The notes under the pieces: generated by a model
Seen by the model: the letters and a program-made list of their open reading frames with translations, nothing else
Databases searched by the model: none
What the model was told of the DNA's origin: nothing
Position numbers and translations under genes: made by a program
Shown here: one piece after another, positions 21,001-33,300 of the stretch
How positions within the stretch are numbered: position 1 is the stretch's first letter
Layout of the letters: each line of letters begins with the position of its first letter
Virus record (IMG/VR): IMGVR_UViG_3300042866_001374
Strand: one strand, 5' to 3'
Origin: an uncultured virus (IMG/VR IMGVR_UViG_3300042866_001374)
Taxonomy: Duplodnaviria; Heunggongvirae; Uroviricota; Caudoviricetes
DNA length: 64,000 nt

Positions 21001-22722
21001 AGAGATACTAACTCCACCAATTGAAAAAATATCAGATAATTTTGTATCTCCATTAAATGTTTGCCCAGTTCCAACAGAACTATAAAGAGACTTAACATCA
21101 GATATTTTATACTCTACAGGAGAGGTAACTATTCTATTACTATCAATACCATTAAATATTAGTTTTTCCCCATTAATAAAAGATCCATTTGTACAATATG
21201 CAGTAACAATTCCTGTAGTTGTATTAAATTTTAAATGTCCTGTTGCTCCACTTGACTTTCCAACTATAAAAGTTGGAACATTCAATGTTATTGGTTCATT
21301 CAAAGTTAAATCAGTATATGTTTGGATATCATATAATGAGATGTCCCATTCATTTAGGTCACCGACAACAGATGAATATGAACCAGACTCTAAAGCATAA
21401 TCATAAACTCTGGCAACTCCTATTTCTTTTCCCGAAGCAGTTGTTGAAGTAACACCTATTCTAGAGTCCCTTAAACTAATTACTGATGATGTACTAAATC
21501 CAATTCTAGGAGCACCAATAACCCTATTTAAAGATAGTGTGGGACCAGTGTAATAATTAACTGCTTGATCTTCTAAAGTTTTAGTTGTTCTTGTTTTCTC
21601 AAAATCCAAATAATGTATAGTTCTTGAATCTACTTCAAATCCCCGAATAAAAGCTTTTCCTGGAGATATTTTATATGTTCCTAACTCTTCTGCTGGAATA
21701 TTATTATTGTACGTTAACTGACCTTTTAAAAATATGCCGTTATTGCCCTTTCTATTATTTAAAGACTCTCTAGCAGTAATAGAAAATGGTTTTACATAAA
21801 AATTACCAGATTCATTGTAAGTTCTTCTTGCTAACTCTTGTGCTAACTCATTATATTGAGATTTATCTTCAATATGTTGTATATTACCTTGTCTTAATAC
21901 TAAGAGTTCAACAAAATTCTCATTTTTTTCAGATTCTAATGGTTTTTTTGTTAAAACTGCAGTTATTTTTAATCTATCTGCGCCAGGAGCTGCGAAATTA
22001 TTAAATCCTTTAGCATTATCTGTAAGACTTGAATCTAATCCAGATGTTACAATTTCTTCAAATATTTCTAAACCAACTCTGTAAGTTGGAAATTGACCAT
22101 GTGCATCAAGAATTAATGTTTGTGGAAATACTTTTACAAATGTTCCTCTAAGATAGTATACACCCTCAGATAAAAATACTGCAGAACCTATTGAAGTTGA
22201 ATCAACTGCCGCAGTAATTCCAAATCCTTGTCCTGCCTGAAAATTTATAATCGAAGTTGAAAGATTTGATTCCAAAGATAAAACTTCATTATCATCAAAA
22301 ACTTCTTTCCCATCTATACCAGTAGATACATAACTAACAAATAAAGTGTAGTAACCTCTAGTAGAATATTCTGGACCAACAGTGGAAACAATTTTTGCTT
22401 TTACATTAGAAGATTGACCTCTAATGTAGACATTAACAAGGTTAATTGCATAACTGGAAATTGGTATTCCAAGGTACTCCTTCTCAATTTCTACAGCAAA
22501 AAGTGTATTGTTATAATTAATTTGACCTGGAATTACTACAGATCCTTCCTTAAACAAATGAGTTCCGACTTGCTCAATTTGATTTTGGAGAATTGATTGT
22601 AAAGAAGTTAATTCCCTAGATTGAACTGGCAATCCTGGTTTAAAAAGTACTTTATAATATCCTTTGTTTGGATCAAAGTCATCAAAATATGGAGATACAT
22701 TTAAATTAGTTTCTTGTGGCAT
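15067..22722 (-). CDS. Large virion structural protein (DUF4815-like) with polyproline linker
   Basis: NLNVSPYFDDF..YYKVLFKPG.PVQSRELT, APGADRLKI, RIKNLEYYTALS, DPLAQSF, PRIKDLRVIALA. Confidence 0.9.
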   Translation of the reverse strand: MPQETNLNVSPYFDDFDPNKGYYKVLFKPGLPVQSRELTSLQSILQNQIEQVGTHLFKEGSVVIPGQINYNNTLFAVEIEKEYLGIPISSYAINLVNVYIRGQSSNVKAKIVSTVGPEYSTRGYYTLFVSYVSTGIDGKEVFDDNEVLSLESNLSTSIINFQAGQGFGITAAVDSTSIGSAVFLSEGVYYLRGTFVKVFPQTLILDAHGQFPTYRVGLEIFEEIVTSGLDSSLTDNAKGFNNFAAPGADRLKITAVLTKKPLESEKNENFVELLVLRQGNIQHIEDKSQYNELAQELARRTYNESGNFYVKPFSITARESLNNRKGNNGIFLKGQLTYNNNIPAEELGTYKISPGKAFIRGFEVDSRTIHYLDFEKTRTTKTLEDQAVNYYTGPTLSLNRVIGAPRIGFSTSSVISLRDSRIGVTSTTASGKEIGVARVYDYALESGSYSSVVGDLNEWDISLYDIQTYTDLTLNEPITLNVPTFIVGKSSGATGHLKFNTTTGIVTAYCTNGSFINGEKLIFNGIDSNRIVTSPVEYKISDVKSLYSSVGTGQTFNGDTKLSDIFSIGGVSISAKSGTAPGVSTVTSSDFDFRTIAKVGDLVSFSNPLLGSTNVKTYARISSINSSNSIVIAGITTVANINDGGLPTSSISVNNFSLIGANLRSSIDNSLYTPLPKKFIANVDLTKSTLSIRKEFNVIITANATNTIQAGSNETFLPFDEERYVLINSTGGFEELTEDKFRFSNGGKELRIFGLNVSGSARLIATLSKINVTNKVKSLNRTGSVIVNKSILSASGIGSTTLDDGLEYGSFGYGLRVQDKEICLLEPDVTKVYAVYEANDTNNPTLPSISLFNLDGPTGKVDDFIVGEELIGTTSGAVALYVEKVGTSTIGLVYLNDLRFEIGEVIRSETSGISGSINDFDPGDENIIDRFTLDSGQRETICDYSRLVRKPNTKEPRRKLRVIYESATYSDSTEGDITTVSSYNQFNYCDLPLIKNNERLTDVLDIRPRVRKFNSSSTSYSPFEFSSRAFEDATNSSKNILASDESIILTYSHYLPRIDKLFLKIDGGFQLIKGVPSETPLPPIALEDSLEVATINLPPYICSTENVQVSLNAHKRYRMQDISLLEDRIKNLEYYTALSILESKTESLFIPDESGLTRFKSGIYVDNFSGTKSQLKIGKVTNSIDPINLELRPSHFTTSIDLLVGSKSLLGIGTTASPTADPAFVTDIIGSNIRRTGQLITLDYGEFLQFAQPFATRVENVTPYLVVTYTGNIQLFPSSDIWVDQVRLQSLRIDVDDYTQTRLQLEYAGYDQQTGLGPIRWGAWQSTWTGSSTSTTSNTVVTGSSTQNTGSALVTTNQLQTTTVVTTTRTGTENRSGSQLRVSEQVQTTNEGDRVVSTSTIPFMRSRNIEFTGRKFRPYTRLYGFFDGEDVNNFIIPKLIEIRMLSGSFTVGELVTGTMTTGSTTATTGSTPSIRFRVANSNHKYGPISNPTDIFVTSPYDESYTIPANYSSSSILLNVDTRTLAENNQSLYSGFIRTGMRLRSASAEAEVISVRLFSDNVGTVLGSFFIPDPNLPSNPSFEVGTKIFRLTSQSSNSSLGGLTSTSGQEAYFASGTINNMQETIRSTRKPRFDVVASSESRPATDVQSTTTVSNSTTQSITPLPPPPPPPPPSPSPPPPTPQVSFPGTPVTPRPPTPPPPPPPPPPPPPPRNPPDPPRPRGGKDPLAQSFTVNDEAGAFITGVDLYFRTKDPLLPVTVQLRPMVNGVPSDQIYPFGEAVVESDDVIETFDATRPTRVNFPSPVYLHTNTDHAVVLLSNSNEYTVWISRMGETDISTLLQPESRQVIVSAQPYLGSLFKSQNGSSWTPSQYEDLKFNLYSASFIEESGTVSFYNPELNTGNKQIATLVKDALEFDAKKLIISTNNIINTSPLVLGNTIIQQNTTARGDYVGVGGSATGSLVIINAGIGYTPSNGTSFTFNNVPLSSFSGNGKNATADITIGQASGVNGVALAATIRDGGYGYQIGDVLTVPSIGNDSLGRNLQLSLSNVVGANQLILDNVQGEFEINASKPLQYISPTTGITTILNATGSNSVINDFELASLSEDGLHIKINHKNHAMHSTTNVVRISGVKGDSKPTVLTADYNNSDSGPISIANTTGFEVFENVSIGATNPGYALLDNEIISYTGVANGQLIGITRSVEGTGAFSYPNRTSIQKYENNGISLRRINKLHYLQDALVERPVDLDSYYIRINTSENGIDRSSGSSFPKLYINSSKSSGGDAIQATQNIQYETVNPIVQTMVLPGTSVKATLKGITGTSVDGNEISFVETEATPINLSEDTYLPEPRIIASRVNELTQTTNFPGNKSMELTFTLSTSNPKISPVIDLDRIGMVLISNRIDSQITDYINDPRVSSITEDPSAFIYANKPVELENAATSIKVIFAAYVNTYNDVRVLYSISNDPSVEPIYYPFPGYDNLDTNGNIINVGQNSGKPDKNVPKTDILSADSANLVFRDYEFSIDGLPEFRYFSIKIIGSSTNQAYPPRIKDLRVIALA
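17570..17740. repeat. GGT/GGC trinucleotide low-complexity tracts encoding polyproline
   Basis: Two runs of (ggt/ggc)n on + equal CCA/CCG Pro codons on the minus strand. Confidence 0.9.
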
Positions 22723-22731
22723 GATTCTCTA

Positions 22732-24315
22732 TTAAAATTGCAAAATAACTTTGATATCTTCTCTTTGATTCACAGACCTGGTAATGGATGGTCTATTATC
22801 AACATATAAAATGGTTCCAGAATATTTTTGAACTTCTGGTGATGCTATACCTTTGATAAAAGTTTGACCCAAGTAGTAGGTCTTATTATTTATCACAGTA
22901 CTGATACCAGGATTACTATCAGTTCCAAATCCATCATCAATATAAAGATCTTTAGAACCTCCAACAATTCTTAAGGAACCTCCAGCAGTAATAGTTGGCG
23001 TAAAACCATTAAGTTTATAACCATAAGTTGGATTTAATTTTTGAGTTCCATCTGTGTTAAATCCAACCAATGATCTATCTTGCCAATACTTCAATACTCC
23101 AGTTTGAGCATCATAAGATACCACTCTACCAATAGCTGTGGCACCTGTTCCGACAGTTTGAGTAATATATGAATTTTGTATAAAAGTAGTCAACTTGTAA
23201 TCATCAACATTTGGTGCAAGACCCTTTAATTTTATTGCATATAAAGAACTGACCCTATCTTCAGTAATTACTGTAGAAGACTCAAAAGCTTGTGGATTTT
23301 CAACAATACCAATCCTTGCAATAGAAGTTCCTGTCACAAAGTCTGGATTTTGCTCATCATTTTCAATTCTTGAATAAATCAAGACATTTGTTGCACCCAA
23401 CTCTTTATATACATCATACCCATGCCCACCAGGAGGCGGAATAATTACATCAAACACTGGTGTAAGAGACCCAGTAGGAACGTTGCCTCCAATTAAATCA
23501 ATGCTTGCGTAAGTATATCCACTTCCCCCATTGGAAATTGTTACTGATTCTACTTTTGCGTCATTGTTAACTACAATTGTACATTCTGCACCATTACCAT
23601 CACCTTTAATTGGAACTCTTGTGTACGTTGTATTTGGAGGACCAACCAAGTATCCTCTATTTTTTATAGTAACAGTCTTTAATTGTCCACTTGTTTCTGC
23701 ATTATTTCTAATCGTCACATAATCAGAATTAGTTTCCCAATCAACTGGTAGTGGAATAAAATTCAAGGAATCAAACTTAATAACATCACTTGGACTGATT
23801 GTATAAAGATACTTCCAAACATATCCATCACCACTGGTTCCAGCAGCTCTTGGTTCTAAATCCGTAAATTTTGGTTCATCGAGAGATGGTTTTCCATTGG
23901 GATTTTCTGGGTCAATTCCATTATTTAAACAAATATAAACTCTAAATTCACTATTTACTACAAAATAATTTGAGGAATATAAACTTGTTTTATTTGATGG
24001 TTTAGATAAGTTATTTCTATTAACATCATGTCTGTACATATCATAAATTGTTGCTGAAGCCCATTGTATCTTTCTAACAACTGGTCTAATGTCATCGGCA
24101 GCAATTTTTTTCAAAGCAATCATAGTATCCCAATAAAAATTGGTATCATCAAAACAATCTCTTGGAGATGGTGGAGTAGTATTCCAATTATCTTGTACTT
24201 CAGTTGCGTTGGGCAATCCAATAAAAGTATAATAGGAATTGCTAGGGTCTCTAATTTTATCAATAAAACTTCTAGCGTTCTTAACTCTCAATAAATCAGT
24301 TATAATTGCTGCCAT
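22732..24315 (-). CDS. gp8: Baseplate wedge subunit
   Basis: MAAIITD..R, YDMYRHD, FRVYICLNNG, DGYVWKYLYTI, YVDNRPSITRS..QREDIKVILQF. Confidence 0.93.
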   Translation of the reverse strand: MAAIITDLLRVKNARSFIDKIRDPSNSYYTFIGLPNATEVQDNWNTTPPSPRDCFDDTNFYWDTMIALKKIAADDIRPVVRKIQWASATIYDMYRHDVNRNNLSKPSNKTSLYSSNYFVVNSEFRVYICLNNGIDPENPNGKPSLDEPKFTDLEPRAAGTSGDGYVWKYLYTISPSDVIKFDSLNFIPLPVDWETNSDYVTIRNNAETSGQLKTVTIKNRGYLVGPPNTTYTRVPIKGDGNGAECTIVVNNDAKVESVTISNGGSGYTYASIDLIGGNVPTGSLTPVFDVIIPPPGGHGYDVYKELGATNVLIYSRIENDEQNPDFVTGTSIARIGIVENPQAFESSTVITEDRVSSLYAIKLKGLAPNVDDYKLTTFIQNSYITQTVGTGATAIGRVVSYDAQTGVLKYWQDRSLVGFNTDGTQKLNPTYGYKLNGFTPTITAGGSLRIVGGSKDLYIDDGFGTDSNPGISTVINNKTYYLGQTFIKGIASPEVQKYSGTILYVDNRPSITRSVNQREDIKVILQF

Positions 24316-24349
24316 TTTAGTAATTTAAACCTTCTATATCTTATATTTA

Positions 24350-27300
24350 TTAACCAAGGTAACCCAAATATTTTAAAGAATTTTTTCTTCGTATAACTGG
24401 ATTAGTGCCTATACCAGATTGCTTTGTACCATGCTGAGCTAAGAATTCAGCGGGACTTACTCTTACTGGCATATTTATTTTACCCCAAGTATATTTACCA
24501 TAAAATGCTGTTGTTCCAAACCCAACTATATTACTTGGAGGATTGTTTAATAGTTTAACAACAACAGTTGTTACAGTAGTTGCAATTCCAACAGTTGAAG
24601 CTAAACCACTAATACCAGGTGGTATAACTGCTTGTTTTGTGTACCAATGTGTACACTCAAAAGTCATATTAACAAACTGAGTAGAAATTCCTAGAATAGA
24701 CCCATCACTTCTTAAAGATGTTTGTGGTGCTGTTCCAAAACCAGAATCAACGACGTTGAATAGATATCCAGTAGTAATTCCAGTCTTTGATATATTTAAA
24801 CTCTTTCTAATTCTAGAATCTAGAGGAATGAATAAATCAAGTTCTAATCCTAAACATGTAGTAACTCCTGAGCATGATGTTGTTCCAACTCCAACAATAA
24901 TTCCATAATCACCCTCATAATCAACTCTAATTACTTCTTCAACTGATCTTTTTGGTGGTGCAATTAAAACTGGGGGTGGTAAAATTGAAGATACGCTAAA
25001 TTTCATTGGTGATCTTAATGCCCACTTTCTAGAAGTAGTTGCCAATCCAACATTGTCAAACGTATCAACATATAAAATATCTCCTACAGCATAATTTGCA
25101 CCACCATTAGTAATTGATATTGAGGCAATATTAAAGTTTAATACGCTAATCTGGATATCTGCAGTTGCTCCTCTACCAATACCACTTTGAGACTTTAATT
25201 TTGCATTATAGAAAGTGTTTTGTCCAACTTGCAATGGTGGGAATCCACTACCTTGCTGTGATATTGACAATGAACCTAAAGGACCATAATAATAATTCGT
25301 TCCACCTGTTCCTACAGTTATTGAAGTTATTGACCCCCCAGCACCAATAGTTGCAGATGCAGTTGCCTGGGTTCCAAACCCATATGGTCTCTGTACTGTT
25401 ATCTCTGGAGCAATAGTATATCCATATCCAGGATTTGTTATTGTAATATTACTAATTGAACCACCAGCGCCGATTGTTGCAGTTGCAGTTGCAGTATCAA
25501 GATTTTCTTGATTAATTATTTCTATAATTGATCTTTCTTGAAGAGGAATACCCTCAAAAGAATCATCAAATAGTGGTCTAATATTATAGACAAAGACATA
25601 TGTTGATCCAATTCCAACAGATTCAATTATATTTGTACTTGGATTAATTATTGGTTCATAATAAATGCGGTCTTTACCAACAAATTCATTGTCAATAATC
25701 TTATCAACAGTTTGTTTAAACCAGCTGATTGGTCTAGAGAATAATTCATTAAGAGTTACACCTTGACCACCATAGTTATTGGTAATAATTTTATCTGCTG
25801 ATACTACATCCATTACCAATCTTTGTTCCTCTGTAAAGGTATCATCAGTATCACTGTACAATTGAACATCATCACCAACTTTAACACTTGGCAACACATC
25901 AACTGTTTTAACGTCAATTGATTGAGTTCCAGTGTACATTAAAACTTTAGCTTTATCGCCAATAGTACTAAACCCAGCGACTGCACCCTTAGGTGCTTCA
26001 GTAAATCTTAAAGTACTTCCTCCATTAAATTGGTATCCTTCTCCTGGTGTTTGTAAGGTATCGTTTATAAAAACAAGTAAATTGGATTGTAAATTAATTC
26101 CAGAATTTGCTTTAGCAAAGAAAGATATACTTTCACCATTTATAGTTAATGGGAATAATCTTCTTCTTCCATTAAAATAAACTGAAATATCATCAAGAAC
26201 AATAAACTCACCAACATTCCATCCAGAGAATTTACTTTGATATGTTCTATCAATTGTAAGTTCAAAGTTTTTAAACGTCGAAATTCCTGTAGTTGGAATT
26301 CCAGTTGTTCCTCCAATAGCAACTGTTAATATCTCTCCAGAACCATACCCATATCCAAAGTTATTGATCTCAAAATTTAAAATTGTACTATCTTGACTTG
26401 GGACCAAATCAACTGTTGCTCCTGTTCCAAATCCAACAACACCTTGTTTGTAAATTAATGGTATATTGTAATAGTTTAAAGGATTGTCAAATATTACATC
26501 TAAGGGTTTTGTAACACTTCCACACTTTTTATAAAAATGAGTGTATGGGGATGTTCCTGAATTAATAATAAATGTATAATCATCAACAATTTTAACCACA
26601 CCTGTTCCGTTTGCTGCAGGATCTTGACCAGTTGGAGAATTATTAATTTGTCTAGGAGCAATAATAATCTCTTCAACCGTTCCTCCAGAAACATATGTTA
26701 GTGGAGTAGATCCAACTCCAACATTAAGTTCAAATTGACTTATATTATTAATTCTTGTTACTTGAGTTCCACAATAATCTGTAGTGTTTATATTTGGGTG
26801 TGTAACTATTCCAAGAGAACCTGTAAATCCTAGTCCTGTTAAAATTATATCAGTTCCAACTTTTAACTTGTGTCCAAGAGTTAAAGTTCCACCACTCACA
26901 TATGAATGTGGAATTGTAGATATTCCAGAATTAAAAGTAAATGTATAATAATCTGGTGCTGAAAGAACTTTAAAGGTATTTCCCAATGGAGATACTGTTA
27001 GGTCTCCAGGGAATATATCAGTGTTAATACCAACTTGAACTACACCACCAGAAACATAGGTGTGTGGTATGGTAGATGCCCCAACATTAACAGTAAATGA
27101 AGTTGTTGTTCCTACTGTATTGACTGTGAAGAAATAACCTTGAGTTCCATCTGGGAATATTGTTGTGGTTACTCCTGAAGGACCTGTGCAGGAAAATTCC
27201 AATTCTCTCATTTTAAAATTATCACCTGGATTTAATCCATGATTTCCAACAATGAACACTGTAGATAAACCAGTTGTATTATCATAAATGAAATCATAAA

Positions 27301-30300
27301 CTGCAAAGGTTTGTCCATAACCAACACAAGTCAATGCTAATCCAGCAAGACTAAAGCTTCTACCAATTGCTGTTTGAGTTATTAAATTATGAGGCTGTGA
27401 CGTGACAACGGTAGATAAACCAGTTGTATTGTCATATGTAAAGTTAACAACATTTAAAGTTGTTAATCCAACAGTAGTAACTGTCATTATTCCAGTTAGA
27501 TTATCATATATTGCTGTGCTAACCCCAATTGGTGGGTAATAATCACAGGTAAACGCTGCTCCAACTATAGATATTTCTTCACCTAATTGCAATCCATGTG
27601 GAGTTGAAGTTGTTACTGTAGTAACTCCAGTAATGGAACTATAACCAATATTGGTAACCTGTCTTGGGACATAAAATACTTTTGAATTAGTTATTGCAAC
27701 GCCAACAATATGTCCATCTAAAACCGACGCAATACCAATATAAGTTATATTCGCAGAACCATAACTAGCAGTTTGAATACCAACTTTTACCGTTTGTAAA
27801 CCAGATCTATATCCAGAACCAGAATTACCTATGGAAATTTGGGTTATTGTTCCTGCTGATGAAACTAATGCTGTTCCTCCAGCAGCAACTAATGGTTGAT
27901 AACCAAATCCTTCTGTAGATCCAACACTAACTATAATTCCTCCTCTAGGAGTATTATTTACATTAATATCATTAGTTATGGATGGATTTGCAATTGGTCC
28001 ACCAAAACCTACTTGCAACTGTCCACCACCACTGATTAGTTTATAATCACCAGGAATATTTGTTAAAACATTACCCAGTCTTTGTGGTCCTTGGAAAATA
28101 TCATTTATTAAAATAATTGTGTTATCTGATGTAATATTATCAATGTCATTACCTTGATATTTTAAAGTAAATGTTGTTGTAATTCCATTGAATTGACTTG
28201 AAATATCATCAAAAACATAATTATTATCATATGCTTTTATAAAACTAGTTGTAAACGCTTGAGTTAGTGCCGATCTTAAAAATACTCTACCACTAAATCT
28301 GGAACTAGTTGTTAAACCAGTATAATCAACATCATTTGCTGAAGTTGCAGTTGTACCAAACCCAACAGGGATATTTCCCCACATAGGTTCAGAAAAATGA
28401 AGTTTATTCTGTGCTACATTATAATTACCAACAAATTTTGTGACTACTGTGTTGGTTGTATGGGTGGTTTCTGTGGTCCCCATCCATGCTCTTTTAACAT
28501 TTAATACATTAGTAACTGAATTAACAGCAGAAACTAACATGATTTCATTATCAATCTGAATTAAATCTCCACTAAAGATAGAGGTTACACCAACAACATT
28601 AATATTAGTTGTTCCAATTCCAACACTAGAAGTAGTTGCTATTGTGTATGCTGTTCCTACAAGTGGAGATTGAATTGTTCCATTGATAGTAACCAACATC
28701 CTATTATTTGGTGATATTGATCTAAAAGTATGAGTACTTCCTATTCCAACACCAGTAATTCCAACTCCAATTGGGTTAAAGAGTAGTGCATCCGTTGCCG
28801 AAACAGCAACTCTTATTTTTTGATTATCTTGTTTAATTACAATAAATTTTGAAGGAAGAAAACTTGTAGTTCCAATTCCAGGTCCAAAATTAGTTGGTGT
28901 AATTTTGATAGCTTTTGTAAAATCATTATCTGGTGGAATGTATTCAATCTCTTCTCCACTAACAAAATAATGATTTGTCAAATTCAGTGTGCCGTCTGTA
29001 AAGGAAATCAAATTAGGATCGCTACCATTTAAAGTAACTTCAAAAATTGGATAGTTTCCAGACTTTAATTCAAATCCTCTTTGAACTCCATTAAACTGAT
29101 CACTAAAATCATCTACAGTCAGAACTCGATTTCCTATAAATTCTTGGTATTGTGCCAAAAATGGAAGATTGAATAAAATTTCATTTGATACTAAAGTATC
29201 GTTTACTTGGATACTCTTTTCTCTAGCAATATCAAAGTCTTTAATGGAATTTAAATCAACAATTTCAGTTAAGTCTGAAATTGCCACTAAAGCATTTAAA
29301 TTTTGAGCAGTTGAAATTCCACCTACTGTTGGATCGTATGAGTCAATGATCAACTCACTAAACTTTTTAAATCCTGCAGTATGAGTTAAATTACTTACCA
29401 AAGGATTCCAAACTTGATATTCTATTGGAGATCTAACAGAGTATGAAAAATATTGATAATAATCATTATCATGCAATCTCTGGAATGATTGATTTAGTTT
29501 TCCTGTTTCTCTTAACCAACCTTTTTTGGTTATACTATTTGAATCTATCAAATATTTTGCTCTAATTCCATCTACAGAAGATATTAATCCTTTGTTTTGT
29601 GAAGAAGAACCGATTATAAGATCATCAACTTTAAATATTTTTTTAGATCTAATTTTTAGATATTCATTTCTCCTATCGTAAGATTGAACTATACCAAAAT
29701 TTCCATCCTGTGCTACTATTATTTCACCATCCCTAAAACTATCTTTTTCTAGATCAATATCAAAAATTGGAAAATATGATTCTGGAGTTGCTGTACCAAA
29801 AGATTCAAATCCATCGAAAAGTCCAGGATCTTCTCCTGGTGATAAAAATCCAGTTAAATTAAATGTTAAAGTTGGATTATCTCCACCAATATCTGGATCT
29901 GCTGCTGTAATTCTAAATAACCTATAATCATACGCTGCAGAGTTATATCCCCTACCACCAAAATTAATGTCAACGTTTGTGTTTTCAACAATAATTTTTT
30001 CACCAACGATGAATGGATAATCTTGAGATGATGCGAATGTAACTGCAAATGATACTGTTACATTTAAAGTTCCAGGATCAAATACAATATTATCAATTCT
30101 TACACCATTTGGGTTATTAATTGGAATAATTTTTGGTGTAACATTATATAAACCAGTAGTATTACGTACAACTCTAACTTCAGTATCCCCAATATCATAT
30201 TCAAGAGAAACTTCTGTATTTACTCTCCCAGTAAATCCATCAACAACTGCAAGTTGTGGGGCAACAAAATAATTTATACCAGGATTAACTATTTGTATAC

Positions 30301-33300
30301 GTTTAAATTTTGATAGAGGTTCAATTTTGTATGTGTATGGAAAATTAGCTAAAGGTCTTAAAGTTTTATCTGATGGATAATCAAATCCAATGTCAGTGAG
30401 AACTACGCTATTAACTTTTCCAATTGTTTTACTTCTAGGTAAGAATAAAGCTGCTGTACCTAAACCACTAACAACTTGAGCCACGTTTGGTAAACGGATG
30501 TAATTTCTACCACCAGAATCAATATTTATTTTTGCTACTGGTCCTATAGCACTGGAAGATTTTGTAGTATAGTTAATTTTTGCTTCTGTTTTATTGTAAT
30601 TAATTCTTTCTGGCGTTTGTTCTAATGCATATGTGAATGAATTTGTTGTAATACCAGATACTGGAGTAATCTCGTTAAATTTACTGTTAATTAGTGATAA
30701 CTTATTTCCATTTTTAATATTAAATTTATCACTAATAATCTCTAATTTTGATGCAGTTGCTCCAGAATAATCAATAGGAGTTAAATTGTAATATAGTGAT
30801 GATGGGACAAAATCATCTATGACTAATTCTAATTTAGCACCTGGTTCACCAATTACTCCACTTTTTCTAATATTAAATGCTCCTTTATTGCTATCTGTAG
30901 TATAGAATTCTTTTTGGAATAAAGCATCAAAATAAAAATTGAATTCAAATGCTGGGACTGAATTTGATGCTAAAGTTGGATCTGATAAATCAAATACTAG
31001 TGTTGAATTTTTTACCCCAAATAATTCTGGATTGACTGGTGCTATAGTTCCTGCTGCTTGAGTTCCTATTTCGACAATTTCAATAGCATCATTAGATGAA
31101 ATAATATCATAGTAATAATTTGATAATAAAATAGTATTATCGTCAGAAACAACAATATAGTACAATTTAGAATTAACCAATCCTGCAGATGGAGTTGCTG
31201 AATTATAAATTACCTTTTGCCCATTTATTAAACCATGATTTGGTATTGTTATAGTATTTCTGGATAAATTGATATCAGTGTCTATAAATGATCTTGGGTT
31301 AATTAACATTCTTCTGTTAATGTCATCATATGTCACATAAAAATTAGTAGAAACTCCAGAAATTACTTTCAAATCAACAATATCACCATTTGTTAATCCA
31401 TGCTCTCTTTCAGTTATAACTGTTGCAGTCTTTTTATAAACATCTCCACGAATAGTTAAAGGTAGATCTGTTTTAATACTGTGTACTTCACCTGTTCCAT
31501 AATTAGCAATTTTAAAAATCTCTAAAACATCTGAACCTATTCCAACAAATCCACCAGTGCTTCCAATTCCGATTCTCTGAGTTGATACCCCGATAAAGTC
31601 AGAATCATATGAGGCAATATACAAAGTTTGTGAATTTAAAAGTGGTGTTGTTGTTGTTCCATAAGATACACTAACTCCTGTATATCCATGTCCAACGTTA
31701 TATTTTACTTTATCTCCAGTTTTAAATCCATGATTTGGTAAATAAAATGTATTTGGAATTGTTTTAATTCCTTTTTTCTGGGTAACTCCTGGGTTACTAA
31801 AAAACAATAATCCAGATTTTTGAGATGCTCTTGATAATGGACTACCCGAAGTTGAATAATATGAACTAGTTAAAGACCCAAGTTCAACTTGAGCACCCCA
31901 AACATAAAACGTAGGAGATGAATTTAGAGTAAGACCTTGAGGACCATATGTTCCTATTCTTATTCTATGGAGTCCAGCACCAGTCAATACAGTAAGACTA
32001 TATCTTCTCCAATTTGTTGTTAAAGTTACTAATTGAGAATAATATGAACCACCATCGTCCAAAATAAAATAGACTTGTTCTCCACCAGTATGACCTCTTA
32101 AAAATACTGAAAATGTATTATTACCAGAGGACAAAGATACTGATTCATATTTTATTCCAAATGCATCACTTGAACCTGTAGTAGAAGCAAATGCCACTTT
32201 TGCAGCATTATTTGAACCATCTGGAGAATTATCACTAAAATATTCTACAGATCCAGTTCCTACTCCCACAGAATAATAATCCCAAGCTGTTGGAACAAGT
32301 GACGGAGGTATTGGGTTTGAATACAGGATTAAATTTTCTGAAGGGATTATTGCACTTTCTCTAGGATCAAAATAATATTCTGAGTTAAGTTTATATTCTG
32401 TAGAAGTGCTGAATCCACTATTGAAAGTAATTTTTCTACTTAATTCAATTAAACTATCACCTGCAGTGTGTGCAATAGAAGTACTTCCACCAAAAGATCT
32501 ATATACTTTTATTCTAGAATCTTGAGGATATACATTAATAATCTTAACTCTTTCTGGTCCAATTTTGTAAACATCATTTACTGATGCTACGGGAAAATTT
32601 AAATTACCAGAAACATTTAAATAAGTTACAATTCCAGTTTGTGAAGCATTTGGAGTATTATTTGATAGTGTTAGTGTATTTGTTGAGATACCTACTACAT
32701 AAGAAGATGCAAAATTTGTTGAAAGAATATTTAAATTCTGTACAGATACAATATCTCCATTGATTAAAGAGTGAGATGTACTTGCAAATCCAACAAATTT
32801 ACCAAGAGATCCAAATGGAGTAAACTCAACATCAACTAATTTACTGAAAGAATATGATATTGAACTTACATCCCTACCTTTAATTTCTGATATTCTAGCA
32901 TAAGCACCAGAACCACCTGTGCCTTGACTATTGAAGAATATATTATCCTGTATTGAATAATTATCACCAGGGGAAATAATTTGTAACTCTGTTAATTCTC
33001 CAGAACTGACACTACTAACCTCAGTGAATCCCCTACTAAAAGTATCTGGTTGAATAAATCCCTGATATCTTGTTTTATTTAATAGTAACCCTAATGGTGT
33101 TGTATATCTAATCCATCCAGTATTATTTAAATCTACAAAAGACAAGTTTGAATATTGATCAAAATTATAATCAATTATTTTTGATTTAAAAGTGTCCCCA
33201 ATAATGTATGGGAAAACAGGTTTTAAAAATCCGTTAAATGGTCCAGAAGCATTTTTTATGGAATTTACAGTAGCAAAATATGCATAAACACCATTTGGAA

